From Psilocybe cubensis (taxonomy: Eukaryota): a stretch of DNA of 64,000 bases. The DNA lies in NCBI GenBank assembly GCA_017499595.2, contig CM038999.1:2790001-2854000 (forward strand), in the 5' to 3' direction. Shown in pieces: positions 1 to 14,000 of this stretch. Position numbers and translations under genes: made by a program. The notes beneath the pieces were generated by a model. The model had not been told where the DNA came from. It was given only the letters and a program-made list of their open reading frames with translations, and ran no database searches. The stretch's first letter is position 1. Every line of letters starts with the position of its first letter.

Positions 1-1352
1 AGGTTCTTCGATAAAAACCTTTAGAAAAAGCTTGTGAGTAGTACAAGCCTGTACAAGCAAAAGAATGACCTTGCCATCGTGATTGACATTACCAATTTCA
101 TTGTTTGTTTGCGCTTGCAACTCTTCCCATTTCGGTCACCAAAGCATCATGCATCATGCCCTGACAATACTGCTGCCTGGTTATCTTGCCCTTGTAAGCT
201 TTGTTCAAACCAGGATCTGCTAGCAGCCAGGAGCCATGGTATCATCATGGCCCAAGAGTCAATAATCACATACCGACTCCTTTTGACAAATTCTGCCAGA
301 TGATGTTGCGATGATGACCTAGATGGTGACCTTTGGTCCTCTTCAAGACTGCCAATCCGCTTATACCGGCCAGCAGAGTTACTCACATTATTGTTCTTGG
401 CAACACGACACACACTGATCTGGATTACATCTCGATAACGGCATATTCGAATGAGTCGTCTACAAAAGTCAGATCGATCGTCCGGAGAGAACTTCAGCGT
501 TACCAACGCCAGCCACCACATGATATTCTGTACCCACCTGCCACTAGTCAACCCCAGCCACCACAGGAAGCTTACGAGCTTGCTACATGACAGCATTCTC
601 TATAGATGTTACAGGGTGTTGCTCCAGGACATCGTATTTCTGCAAGTCAATACCAATCATTATTATGGAACGACTCATTCCGACACTATTTGTATTTGCC
701 TGGACGGCTATTAGTCTACTGAATGCTCAAATCCAGTCAAATCCTCGTCGTGATCGCTCACATGCATGCGGATCTCCATCTGTCTCCATCTCAGGTCTCC
801 ATGTGTATCGGCAAACTGGAGCGGCTTCGACTTAGGGGCTATTTAACTTGCAGAACGTTTACAACTCAATCAGAATAGCCGCATTGAAACTAGTAAGACT
901 GAGGCCATTGGTAACCCCTAGTACACAATCTTTGACTCAAGAGACGTTCTGTGATTCTATCTGGATCGCATGCATAAAGAACATCGAAGGGTCAATCGCT
1001 AGGCAAAACAGTCCTGGGCCCACCGGGTGCATAGACTCGATCAATAAAGGCCTCCAGGGGTTGTGATAGGTTGTGATGCACAGTTTCAGCAAATATCAAT
1101 TTGAATACACTCTTTGCTATCGATGCTTCATATGTATATCTATAGCCTCTGTGACAACTGGTCAATGAGGGCATTTGCGGCCGGTGCATTTCTTCCTTGA
1201 CTGTGACTGTCATCCCCACAACCACAGTCCCTCTTCCCCTGGGCTAATGTTTGTGTAGCCGGTCGAGGTACCCTGATTCCGATCTCTTCGTTGCACTCTA
1301 ACTATTCCACGAACTTGTACTCTTGCGCTCTTTTAACAAAACCAACACCACG

Positions 1353-2954
1353 ATGGAGTCCGAGTTATCAAACCTTGCCCTGATCATAGATGCAATGCAT
1401 GGAGTGAGCATGGTCACTGTACGTGTTCTTTTTCTGAGTTACACAGAACTACTTCATTAATATCAGTAAATCTTCGAAACTAGCGGGCGGAGGGTGAGTT
1501 TTCCGATAACTGGTGGTCAGAGAATGAACCTGATTTAACTTCTTAGTGGCCGCTGCCGCCTTGTTTGTCTGGGACTACTTCATCACCATTGGCATGGAAG
1601 TTGATCTTGTCTGGACGTCGCGGTGGAATTCAATTAAGGTTCTCTTCCTCATTCAAAGATATCTTCCTTTCATCGACACTTGCATTTTGACCCTTTATCG
1701 TACGTCCGGGATTCTCTCCTCCTCCTCCTAGTTTAACTTACGGTGAATGCACTAGGTGATTTGGTTCCTCGAGGCCACGACGAGTGTACGAGTTTTCAAA
1801 AGGCCACCGGATGTATGTCTTCAATTTTACTCGCACAAGAAATGGTACTGAACCAAAACGTAGTCCTATATATCACTGGGTTTGCTGTATCAGAACGTCT
1901 GTCAACTTCCCTTCATTTTAACTGCTAGGAACATTTACCCTTTATACTTAGTTTTGCTTACCATGCGTGTCTGGGCCGTTTGGAACCGCAGTAAAGCGCT
2001 TGGATATCTTTTGCCTATGGCATTCATCGCCGTATGGGTCCCGGCATATGTCTTTATGTTCTTCTTCGCCAACTCACTCCAATGTGCGTTCATGGGGAAA
2101 TGGTGATATTTGTCTGGCTAATTTTTTTTCTCCCTCTCAGTTTCAAAGGAACCTCCTCTTCCTGGGATCACGGGTTGTTTCGTTATTCATGCGTCGAACC
2201 TTGTAATATGGTGCTGGACTTCACTTATAATCTGGAATACTAGTAAGCGATTCCAGCTTTCTTATACTGTTCAAATTGGTTACAATAGCGAAAATTATAG
2301 TTACTTTGATTCTCATGCTTATTCCTGGTTGGAGAGCATGTAAGTCTCCGATAGCATGTTCAACTGTCTTCCAAAACTCAACGGGTTCATACAGATAAAA
2401 TTGGAGTCAACTCTACATTATCCACAATCGTGTATCGGGACGGTATGTTGAACCTACATGGAATTCTCCATATTTTCGGTACTGACCGAAGCGCAAATTT
2501 AGGCACATTTTATTATATCTACCTTTTCAGTAAGCTGGACGCCACTTTGTTGTTCACCTCCGTTAATTGCTCCACATTTAGTCCTATCTGTTTTAAATAT
2601 CGTCCTCGCGATTGCGGCAGCTGTGAGTCACGAGTAGTTATCCATAGTCATAGTCATATCTGATCATATTCCAGCCAACACGGCGCTTCGTACTTACTTC
2701 GTGAGTCCTTAAGAACACTTAACGGGTTCAATCCTGACCCATTTTCTGACAGGATGGAAAGGTGCTTGCACTCCATGCTTGCAACGCGTGTAATTCTTCA
2801 TATGCGCGATCACGCACGTCGACCTCAATTGGAATGGGTCGGTGGTGAATTCTCAACGGGGGCCGTTGAATTCGCAACAGGAGGGCATATTAGTGCCGTT
2901 CCCCAAAATATTGAAGCCGACCCTATGGCATTCAAAATGAAGCCGATACATTAA
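1353..2954 (+). CDS. DUF6533-family multi-pass membrane protein (multi-exon)
   Basis: ATG at 1353 and a 10-nt exon at 1484-1493, then VAAAALFVWDYFITIGMEVDLVWTSRWNSIKVLFLIQRYLPF (DUF6533-type). Later exons give LLTMRVWAVWNRS, YRDG and ERCLHSMLATRVILHMRD. Stop at 2954. Confidence 0.85.
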
Positions 2955-3112
2955 CTTCTGAATAATGGATTGGAATTCTTCAACACCTACCTTATTTCAG
3001 TTTATAAAGAGCCATCATACGTGAAAAGATTAATCAACATCATAATTTGAAAAGCACACAAGGGTAACCTCGTCTGAACGTCGAACAAGCTTGGTCGTAT
3101 CCACGAAAACAC

Positions 3113-4207
3113 CTAACCGGTGTAATAAATATGCGAGTCTGTTCCTTCCTCTGGGTCTGGTTTAACCCATATATACACCCCCGCAAGCAAACACAAGACC
3201 ATGAAGGAGCTGGATGATATGCCAACGCTACGAGGAAGGCGGTCCCATGCAAAGCAGATGATTCCTATCAGTGCTAGTACAAAGCCAAGAACTGTCAGGT
3301 ACACGCAGAGTGTGTGGCAACGGCTCAAAAGGTGAGTTGGTGGAAGGCCTTGAAATGGCCCGACTTGAACCAGATGGGGGTTGGTTGAATAGACTACTTT
3401 GCCTGGATTGACAGGAGATGACATTCTGATCATGCCCGGAGTAGGGTCCGTAGAGCGTTCGGAAGTGGAGAATTTTGGTGACCGTTCGACGCGTTCGAGG
3501 TCTTCAGATCTAGACGGTGCTGTTGGTAGGGTAGCCATTTGATGACTTTTTTTGAGGAGATTTCCTTTCTCTTCGGTTTGTTGTTCCTCATTTCTAGCCA
3601 TCTTTAATTTATATCTAATCAAGAAGAACGACGCAAGAAACGATATAAAAGCTGAATACCGGCGTCATGTTCACATGTGTCATAATCAGACGAAGAGCTC
3701 AGTTACCAAAGGTCGAAAGGCGTGCGCACCCGCATTTGAATGAACAACTAATGCACCCATTATCCCGATATTTGCGACTTGGGCAATTACTGACATTGGC
3801 CCCGTGCCATCTGAACTGGGGGCACTTATCGTAATCATACTAGCTTCAGTTGAAGCAAAGAAGGTTGTCTTGAGTACCGAACACCTTTAGCAACATCAAG
3901 GCGGCCAGACAACTCTTTTGCGACACTCACAATAACGCTGATTAGTTGGAGCCTGTCCATCCATGACTCGATGAGGTCCCTCAACGCCTCTCGGCGAGCC
4001 TTTTCATCGTCTTCGTTTTGCTCCTCTTGTGTTACTGCCTCCGTGTAATATGGGTGCCATAAATAATTTTATGGAAGTGGTAAACAAAGGCCATACATAC
4101 CACATCTCTTCAAATCAACATTTGGCCTCGAGGTGTGGTCATAAAGTGTATCTATTGAGTCTTATTAGAACCGTCTCAACGCGGACCTTATACTCACCAA
4201 TTGGCAT
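3113..4207 (-). CDS. Hypothetical membrane protein of an agaricomycete family (multi-exon)
   Basis: Spliced reading MPIDTLYDH...RREALRDLIESWMDRLQLISVI|TTFFASTEAS..., then hydrophobic segments (LTVLGFVLALIGIICFAW; FMVLCLLAGVYIW). Splice sites are canonical and in phase. Confidence 0.7.
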
Positions 4208-4543
4208 AGACGCGAGCTTACCGCGTTGAAATGGGTACGCTCTCTTGCTTCGAAAAATATTCATTTGGGAATGACTCAGTCTATGGCAAAGCCCTGAACG
4301 GCTAACCTACCCAGATTTGCCACTGTTGTGAGAAAACAAAACAAATGGGCATATGCAGTAAGAACTAATTATAAGTTTAGCCTGTCCAGTGTTGTGCTTT
4401 TGGTCTCGGCGTGACCTGATGAAGATGATATGAATTAGTGTAGAAGTTCTATGACAGTACGATGAGCGTGAGCGTAAAACGGTGTGCAATGATGTAGATA
4501 AATTGAACCTCTCTAACAATCTAAGCAGTGTTCTATTGTAGAG

Positions 4544-5115
4544 CTACATCATGGGCATCATGGTGCACACGAATGGTGCACCTGAACTCATCGTAGTGGC
4601 TGTCGGTTCGACTGGATTAATTGGTATAGGGGCCCTACAAAAAGTCGTTATAAGGCAAGTTATTGATTGTCAGTAACACAATAAACTCACAGAGATGATG
4701 CGATAACCCATGCTTCATGTCGGAATGCAGACACAGCTTCAGTGTCCGCCTCTCGGTCTGCTCGCCATGCCCTTTTCTCCAACATATAGGCGATGTCAGT
4801 GAAGGCACGGGCGCACTCCCAGTGGGCAGCCGGATACGAGTACAAGATTTCGCGGTGGGTGAAGATGGCGTCGAGATATTCGCCATTGGTGGTTGGATAA
4901 TCCTCCATTTGTGAGCGGACCATTTGGAGAAAGGCGCAGCCGTACGATTTTTCTTGCTCCTTGCTTGAGTATGGGGTCGAGCTTTCGGCCTGAATACTTG
5001 GATGAAGATGCTGTAGACGTATTTGTAAAGAAATCCACGGGCTTTAACCTTGCTACTTACTTGATAGCTTGGATCGTCTGACATGCAATCGTCGCGCTCG
5101 TTTGTTGGATAACAT
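4544..5115 (-). CDS. Small hypothetical protein (4 exons)
   Basis: In-phase model MLSNKRARRLHVRRSKLS|TSSSKYSGRKLDPILKQGARKI|DYPTTNGEYLDAIFTHREILYSYPAAHWECARAFTDIAYMLEKRAWRADREADTEAVSAFRHEAWVIASSL|APIPIN...PMM*. It requires a 43-nt intron at 4903-4945. Confidence 0.6.
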
Positions 5116-6172
5116 GGTAAGCTGATGGATTCTTGGGTAAGTTTCTTTCTCCAAATAATAAGATAGGATAAGTTGTTGAACAGTGGACACAGATATCCAA
5201 TCTCACTCTCGGATTATGAACGGATGTGTCTATATTCATGGTTTGAAGGAGATCACAGAGATCCGTTTCGACAGAGTACTCCTATTAGTGGGTATGGCCG
5301 TCAATTGCTAAAGTTTCTCCTAAGACATATAGCGGGGTACAGTCACACCTGGGAGGCTCCAACCAAGGGAACTTCATGCGTGGCGTAGGGCATATCGTCT
5401 TGAAGGTTACTTTTTCAGTATACTGGAGGTCCCAAAGAGAGTTGTGAGTGCTAGTGCAGACCAACTCCGTCGTCTTCTGGTTATGTAGCATTCTCGCGGA
5501 GTCACAGATGTCGATCTCGGAGCACATGCAAGACGTATGACGTGCGCAGGCCTCATGTATATCGCATGACTGACCAGGTTTATCCTTTAGTGTAGAAAAT
5601 GTAGAGTGATCTTGAATCCATCTTCCGATAAGCCAAATAAGAGCGGAAGCCTAGTAATCTGGCGAGGCAAACACGTTCCAGTGAGGCGTTATAATCACCG
5701 GTGAAACTTATTCAGGTGGCAATACAACATCTTGGCCTATTAACCACCCTGGATCACTATGAATGTAGGTGGATGCTGCGGTGGGTATAGAGAAAAAGAA
5801 TAGGAATCTCGGAGTTGATGTTGAATAGTGGAGAAGAAGAGAAATATCACGCACCATGGCTATGTCGTCAAGTCTGTAGTATGATATTGATGCCTGGCCA
5901 TGCTCCTGACACGCGCCATTGTAGGTCAATATTGTCGCCCATTATACTCATGGCAGGAAAGACAACGTATGATAAGTGATATACATGAATAACAATTAAC
6001 AATTATTCAAATGAACTAGTATAGTACTTGATACCGCTACTAATATTAATACTACTACAACAACATTATACATGATGTGCTTGAACAATCCTTTTGTCTA
6101 TAAATCTATGTATAACCATAAGAGAATCAAGTAAGAAAAGTAAACTGGGACAAGTGTTGAAAGATGCAGCCT

Positions 6173-9100
6173 TTAACTGCTGCGTTTATTACTGTCATGA
6201 TCCGGGATGTGAGCGGTTCCTTCCCCTTCGTCGTCGTTCTTATTTCCCATCTGTCCACTGCCAACACTCCACTTTCTGGACCCTCGTCGTGTCCTCTGCC
6301 GCATGTCGGGAGGAACTCGGCTATTCATCGTCTCTGAATACACGAAAGGTCGGCTATCGGTGCTGCTGTCGACGTTTGTAATATTTTTATCATCGTCGTC
6401 TTTGTTTTTCTTAAATTCGGAAGGAAGCATGATAGCACGATCAATAGCGACGGGAAGCCCACGATGGCGGCCACGAATCATGACAATGCAGATGATAAGT
6501 TTTGATAACGTGTGCATTGCGCCAACGAAGGAGTAGTTTTGCTATGACAAGGACAAATATATCTTCAGGTAATGTGCAGGCTAGATATCTGTAAAACTTA
6601 CATCTGGTATCCCTAGACTAAGTCCAACCGTTCCATACGCGGAGACAAGTTCAAATACTGGGGCTCACGTTAGTATATACAAGCAATTGTTGAAGCCGAT
6701 ATGCATACTTATACGAAAGATATTGAACCACCCGAACTGCTCGGGGTTTTCGAGGTTGTTTTTCTTATAAGTTATAGGTAGATTAGTTCGTGCAATCCTT
6801 TGTAGTTACCTTTCATACCTCGATGATGCAGATGACAAACAGCGACAATGCCAACCACCACATATCTTCATATCACTATTAGTAAACCTAGTAAACCCAT
6901 AAAATTGACTTGAGTTGAAACGCACCAAACGCGAGCTGCTTTCGGGCGTGCATTGCAAGGTACCGGCTCCACACGTTCATTCTTGGGCCAGAAGCGACAA
7001 AATCTTGTTCATCTTCTATGTCATGATCAAGAGGATTAAAAACACCAAGGGATTGTTCTTCGTAAACATTCGTGGACCGTACGCTGATGAGTGAAAGTAA
7101 GAAGGCAATGTTTCCAGCTTCAAACAAAATTCCCACCTCATGGCAATAGGATCTGGGAAAACAAATATAAGAGAAGCGCTAACTAAAGAAGCAAACATAA
7201 CATACAGACGCTTATGTACATCATAACGACATACAATACTTTCACAGCTGGAGCAAGAGCGGCGAGCGGTACAATGGCAAATCCTGCCGCCCGAACAGCA
7301 GCTGCTTGCATTACGCCGGCCAAGACTCGAACACCGACTGGGATGCTGTCAATTGCAGGATTGTGGAGATCTAGTATCAAAAAGAAGAACCAATCAATAG
7401 ATCTGTACGTGATATCAGCAATTTATCTTCAGTTGAGATGCGTTGGAAAATCCATACGTAAGGCCTAGGACTATTGTGAGGAGGAACCAAGTTTGATGGG
7501 ATGGAAAAAGGTATATAAAACATCGGCGAGGATGATCCAGTAAGAAATGCAATGTTTCGTGCATGCGCGGACGTGAAGCCATACACTTGCTAAGGCACCA
7601 ACTAGAGATATAATGAAAAGATATATCATAGTATCATAATGAACCCAGGTCATACTCACATCATAAAACGTAAACTGGATAATGACCCGTCGATGAGCAT
7701 TGATATATTATTTTTTTTGGAAAGACATGCTTACAAAACAGGCTATTTATTATGTCAGGGTAAGCAAAAGTGAGACGAAGAGTTAAACGATTAACTCACA
7801 AAGGCAGTGTTTCCAGCCAAAATTAAAATAATTAACATAAAAATCATTGGGTATGCGGTCTGGAATGGCACCATGGATTCATCGACAAGAGAGGTGCCGG
7901 TATTCGTGTATGCTGAGACCACTTGAAAGGCGGAATACCTGAAGGAAGAGGGGTCAACACTTGATTCTAGCCAGAAAGAAAGCGCGCCGTTCAAACCATA
8001 TTCGATTAAGAGGTCGGATTTGCTCATTAAATATTGAGTCCCATCTATGGGCAGAAATGTAAGGAGCGATGACAGTAAATGCGATGAGTTGGATGCCAAA
8101 GTGATACTGGGAGGAATTATGAGCGAACATAAGCGGTAACTTTGATACTAAACGTACAAGTGGAACAATCCATAGCAAAGCGTTCAAAGCACGGTATTCC
8201 ACGCCACCTATTTCATCCAATTGTTCACTGGTCAATAGGTGGAACGCAGAATTTCTCCCCACAACGGCTTCAAAAGTAATATACGGCACTTGCTTTTTTC
8301 CAGGCTCTGAACCAGGAAGTCCAGGAGTTAATGACACAGTTGCAGGAATGGTCACAGTCCGTGTTAGCTTGCGCTCCAGAGTTGGGAATAAACGTTTGAC
8401 AATTTGCTTGATGATTGAAAACAGAGAAGGGAACCCTCCAAAATCGCGAGTGAGACTGGTTGCAGGGTGAATGGTGTGGTGACTATGTATGCTATGGTGG
8501 GAATGAGAAGTCGGATAGGTATTTAACGATTGCGGCATAGTTGACGTATGGAAGAAATGGCGGCTCGCCCCTAACCATCACAAAAATTAGTCAGTAATAG
8601 GCAAAATATCAAAGTGAAGATGAGTGGCTAACGAGGCTCTGTGGAGACAATACCTTGAGGTTCTTCACGGATTGTGCTATTTTCTGGTATGGTTTGTCCC
8701 AGTCTAGCCGGACGTTTAGGAGGAGGAGCAAACTCCACGGTCTGTGTGCGGGGAAACCGTTTAGGGGAACCAGAAGGACTAGGGGCGGCATCTGCAACCG
8801 TTTCGAATCTATGCATTTTCGCTACCAAGGGATATTGAAAGATAGATGAAAGCAGAGAGTCGTAACCACTTACTAGAAGTTGGAGAGTTAGGCCTTGAGG
8901 GGTGGCCAGGATCAGACAGGCGTCTGGGTCTTCGACTGCATCACGTTTGAAGTTAGTCAGAGGCAAAGGAAATGGTATGAGTGAAGATACTGACGGGGGC
9001 TCAACGAAGTCAATGACTATATCGCGGTTTTGAGAATCAGCACGGTCACCATCTGAGTCGCTGTTTGGATCCGAGGGGCTTGAAATCGTCTTCAGCTGCA

Positions 9101-9940
9101 ACCGAGTGCTTGAGACAGAGCCTTTACGAATAGATGGTGCTCGCCCCTCGGAGACCCAACCACTAGGATTGACGAGTTTGGGTGCATCGTCCATACGGCG
9201 GATCATGTCCGGTCTCAGCTTTCGAATGGCGTTTCCATCTCCCTTTTTTGCCCCTTCTTCCACCTGATCTTCATCCTCAACAGATATGTGTCTGCCTTGC
9301 AGGAAAGCAATGAACCGGTGCGGCCAAGGCCTGTGCTGTTTTCTGGCGGTTTCAACCAGGCGGGTGGCCTTTTGAGCGGCGACAGCTTCCAGAATACCCT
9401 CGAATTTTTTGGCAAAAAAGTACCTAATCGTAGAGAAATGGTATTTGAACACAAATGATTACGATCGATGTACTGACCTGCGCATATAGACTATCACCCA
9501 TGATACGATGACCTGTTCATAGTAGTTAGCATTGCATAATTGATGCCAGCGAAGTGTTAATGTATACCGGGTTTCCTATGCACATGAGCATAAATAAAAT
9601 TGATTGCTGGAACCCCGTCAAAGAGCTCAAGTTTATGGTTGCAAGCCCACAGACTGTCATGGCGCTGACACAATTGAAGAGCGAGTCGATGTAAGATATT
9701 TTGTACCGCCCATTGCTTGCATAGAAGATACCAGAGAATATAAGAGGGGTGAAAGTACTATGATCCCAACGATGGGTATGATCTGATTAGCAAAAGAAAA
9801 TGACAGCGGCAACAAAGGGCGTTTTTTGCCTTTACTCACAAAAATAGGAGGTGGACGCGATAGAAGTTAAGTTGATGGTAAATGCGATGAAAAATGTTCT
9901 GGGGTTTGGACTGGGAGGTATTGGAGAGGATCGAAGTCAT
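6173..9940 (-). CDS. TRK1: Trk-family potassium transporter (multi-exon)
   Basis: LNFYRVHLL N-terminus and Trk motifs GGVEYRALNALLWIV, FQVVSAYTNTGTSLVD, ILAGNTAF, AAAVRAAGFAIV, KVLYVVMMYISV, VRSTNVYEEQSLG, HTLSKLIICIVMIRGRHRGLPVAIDRAIMLP. Confidence 0.95.
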
Positions 9941-11028
9941 ACCAAGGATCGCCCCCGAATTTGTAGCGAAAAGCGCAAAAGCGCCTGAGCCCGAAGGCCT
10001 TTGAGGTGGTATATGAACAGAACGAAAGGAGAAAGCGATGATGAGAGAGCTAGCAGGTGCTAGTCAGGTCTTAGAAGGCAAAGGCGTCGCTGGTGATCTG
10101 TGGCAAGCAGGTGACTTGGCAAGAGAACTGGGCGGAAGCAAATCTTGTTATAAAATGAAGACAGCTCCGATGATGCTGTCCACAATAAATATAGTTCCCA
10201 TTGATAAAAATGTTTGACCAGTTTTCAACGATGATCACGAACGTTGGAGAATTAGTCGGATACAATAATACAATCTATAGCGTCAACAAATGACGTTGCC
10301 TGAGAAACGTTGTGCACGAAACGGGCAATTATACAACACATGTTGAACTACATATAGCATTGATGTAGGATTCTGAATGCTCCAAATAAGTAAAGGATAA
10401 TAAAACCCGACTTACTAAGATATCACGAACGGTGGGACAATCGATGACATGGCGGCAGAAAATCTTTTGACAATGGTTCCATACGAACGAACCTTTGTAT
10501 AATCCCTGACAGTTTGTGAGCATTCCATCTGTAAGCTGGGTATCATACTGGTAGAAGACAATCCATCTATATCTCAAAAACCGACATACTGTACATAGAG
10601 TACGCTAATCTTAAGGTGAGCATCACCAATCTGGGGATCACCTACACATATGTACATAAAGTACCAGAAGAAAGTTTACGGTAAACAAGTCCTAATCAAT
10701 CACAGATATAAGTAGTAGAGTAAAGAAATGAGAGACAGAGAGAGAGTATCGGATGGAAAATGCAACATGTGAACAAAAGAGAGAATGAAAAATTGATGAT
10801 ATAGTAAAACACACAGAGAGGGACAGAGGTAGGCGAACATGTGAGAGAAACGACTAACAGCACGAGTATGCAAAGGATGTAGGCCAGACAATGATAATAA
10901 GCTAGATGAGATGAATGATCGATGCTGGGGTGAACCGTAAAAAAAATGGGGCATGCTGCGCACAAGAGAGTATATAAGAGGCCGAGAGAGTGTGCGCGAA
11001 TAAAAATGATTAAGCGAGGAGTACTAAA

Positions 11029-14000
11029 CTACTGTAACAGTGCCAAAAGCTTGTCGCTGTCCATAGATTTCGAGGCCAATCGCTGTCGTCTGTCGTCGTC
11101 CAGTTTGGCACCTTTGATCATTAGCGCAAACAACTGGAATGCCTTAGGAGCATCGATGGCGATATCATCGATGACTTCAGCAATTGGCGTGAAACCATCT
11201 TCGAAGGCTTGAGCAGTGCAAAGTTCCTTCGATGCGGCGGCTTCAAAGAAATCGGATACCAGTTTGGCATCAGCTTCCTTCGACTCGACAGCGCTAGAGA
11301 CAAACTTGTCGACCAGGGTATGATGATGTTGGGCGGGGATCTTGAAGTACACCTCAGCCTCCTCAAGATTGCGCACGGCAAAGAATTCCTTCAAGTCCTC
11401 TTTGATCTTCTTGAGGGCGTCAGCTTCTGACATTTCTACCTCAGAGGCAGCCTCTTCATCCGAATCGGATTCTGATCCAGCGACGGGGGATGCCGTCTCC
11501 AACTCAGTAGCTTCAGATTCGACAGGCTTCGAACGAGGTTGAAGGACAAGCCGTTTCCTTTGAGCTGGTTCAGCGGCTGCAATGTATAAAATATATTAGA
11601 CACCTGTTCGTCAACTTGCATAGTGAGATGAAGACTTACGTTTGGTCGCAGGTTCGCTCGACTCTGCACCTTGGGCGCTAAGCATAGAAAACATGTTCGA
11701 GCTTGAACTAGTTCGAGAGATAGATTCCCGCTTATTCTCGGCTCCCTTCTTACCAGCAAAGACGCTGCTCGGGCCGAATGTCATGGGCTGAGCTTTGCTG
11801 ATCTTGCCGAAGTTGGAAAGATCGCCAGCCTTCGGTGGTGGTCGCGAAGGACCTGATCCACCTCCAGCGACCGCCCACCCGTCAGGGTTGACCTGGTTGA
11901 AATCGTTGCGGTCACCACCGCGTCTTGAACCACCACGAGACATGCTGATCTGTCTTTGGTATGACTCCTTCTCAGCGGCGGCCTTCTCTTTCGCAGCCTG
12001 TGTATACAAGACAATGTAAGAAAATATTCATGATAGAATTTAAACACGGTTCTCACGTTTTCGTGAATGGCTGCAATGGTAGTTGGAGCCGCAACCGCAT
12101 TACGAGCAACCCACTTCCTCTCACGAAGTTCTACAAGATCCTAAAGTATAGGCATCAGTACATTATGTATGGATAACAATGATGACACCACACACCTGCA
12201 GCATATATTGCATACGAGGAGTAACATTGGGGCTTTTGATAAGCTCCTTCATGCGGGCAAAGTACACATCCAGGTGGGCGCGAGCTTTGGGCGTATCCAG
12301 AATGCCACCGACAGTACCCAGGAGTTTGCACAAAGATTCGATTTCCTCTTCCTCAGGATTATCAACGTTGCCGAGAAGCTTCTTCACACACTCGTGCATG
12401 ATACGCTCCGTAAGCATCTGAAGCTTGAATAGTTCACCAATGAACTTGATGAGACCGAGACCTTGACGCTTGGCCTTCTGTGCAGCGTAGTACTCGTCGG
12501 AATAGAGGGCAACCTCCTCATCTTTCCCATCTGCTTTACCTTTCTCATGAGCTGCCTTGATGGCTTCATCCTCCAATGCTTTAGAAGCGGCAGCTGCAGC
12601 GGTAGCCTCCTTAGCCACCCACCCTCGCTCGAAGTCCTCCTGGCAACGATTCAGCAAGTATTTGCGGAATAACTGGCCTCCCGCAATAGGTTTTCCCTCG
12701 TTGTTCTTGATACCGTCATCCTGAACTTTGGGGCTGATCTGTTCCATCATCTTTCGGCAAAGACGTGCATACATCTCTGACCAAGTAGCCTCGTCTGTAG
12801 CTTTCTCGAACACCAATCGGATGACCTGAATAAGCGTACGACCATCCTTCTCCTTCTCCGATTTGTTGGCCCATGCAATAATTTGGTCAGAAATCGAATC
12901 AAACTTCTCCATCGTCAACTTGTTCAAAAGGCCCTTGACCTTACGGTCAACCATCTCAGGAGAATCGGCGTCAGCTTGTATAGCCTTCCTATCCCATCGG
13001 TTAGCAGTGGCTTGTAGAGGGGCCACGGGTTCGAGGTTCTGCTGCTGTTGCTGCTGGTGGTAGTTATTAAATGCGCCACCATGGCCCTGTTGTCCGCCAG
13101 CGTTACCCCCAGCAGCCTTGTTGTTTTCTCCGCGTTTCTCGCCACGCTTACTACGAGTACGATCGCGCAGAGGACCACCAGGACCACCCTGACTGGTGGT
13201 CCGAGTCATTGGTTGCGGTCGGTTGGTAAATTGCATACCTGAAGCACCGCTGACAGACACGGGTCGAGCAGCCTCGAAACGCTCCTGACTGCTGAGCTTG
13301 CTTGCACCTACTGTGCTGAATTGACCCATGCTGGATAATGAGCCAGAGCCTTTGTTGAAGGTACCAGCAGGGAATCCAAGGCCGATTGATGATTGGCGAG
13401 AAGCGGGGGCGCCTCCGGGACCAGTGCGACGGCCAGATTGAGTGCGAGTCATCTGGTGTTGTGATTGATCGGCAGGTTCTAAGCCGATGGCATCCAGAGG
13501 AGGGAGCATAGCAGGCTTCTCCTTGCAAATGGACATGAATTGCAGAAGGAAGTCTCGGTCGTACCTAGACGGCAGTTAGAGGTAGACTTCAATGGATTTT
13601 CGAATACAAAACAACACACCTGAATTTTCCTTCTTTCGCATTTTCATTGAGGTCAGGACGTGGGCTACTGACGCCAGCAGGGTATTGAACAGAACTGATA
13701 TCAGAGATGATGCGCGCAGTAGCGAGGGCCGTCTGAGGTGCAGGAATGTTTGAATTCTTGGCGTTGGTTAGGTCGAGAGGACCAGGTCGTTGCCTTCTAT
13801 CCACTGTTGGAGATGTAGCACCTGTGTTGATTCGAAGAGATTCCTTGGGTTTATCCTTCCCATCATCTTTCGCATCGGTATTATTGTCCTCAACGACTTC
13901 TCCCTCTTCAAGTGTCGATTCAGACTTGCCATCAAGTTCCGGCTCGGGCTCCTTTGCCGACTTTGCAGCCTCTTCCTCAAGGCGTCGTTTCTCCTCCTCC

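Noticed and set aside
1..1250. Overlapping short ORFs on both strands at the window start
   Set aside because: No recognisable domain or consistent exon chain; cannot be assigned without upstream sequence.
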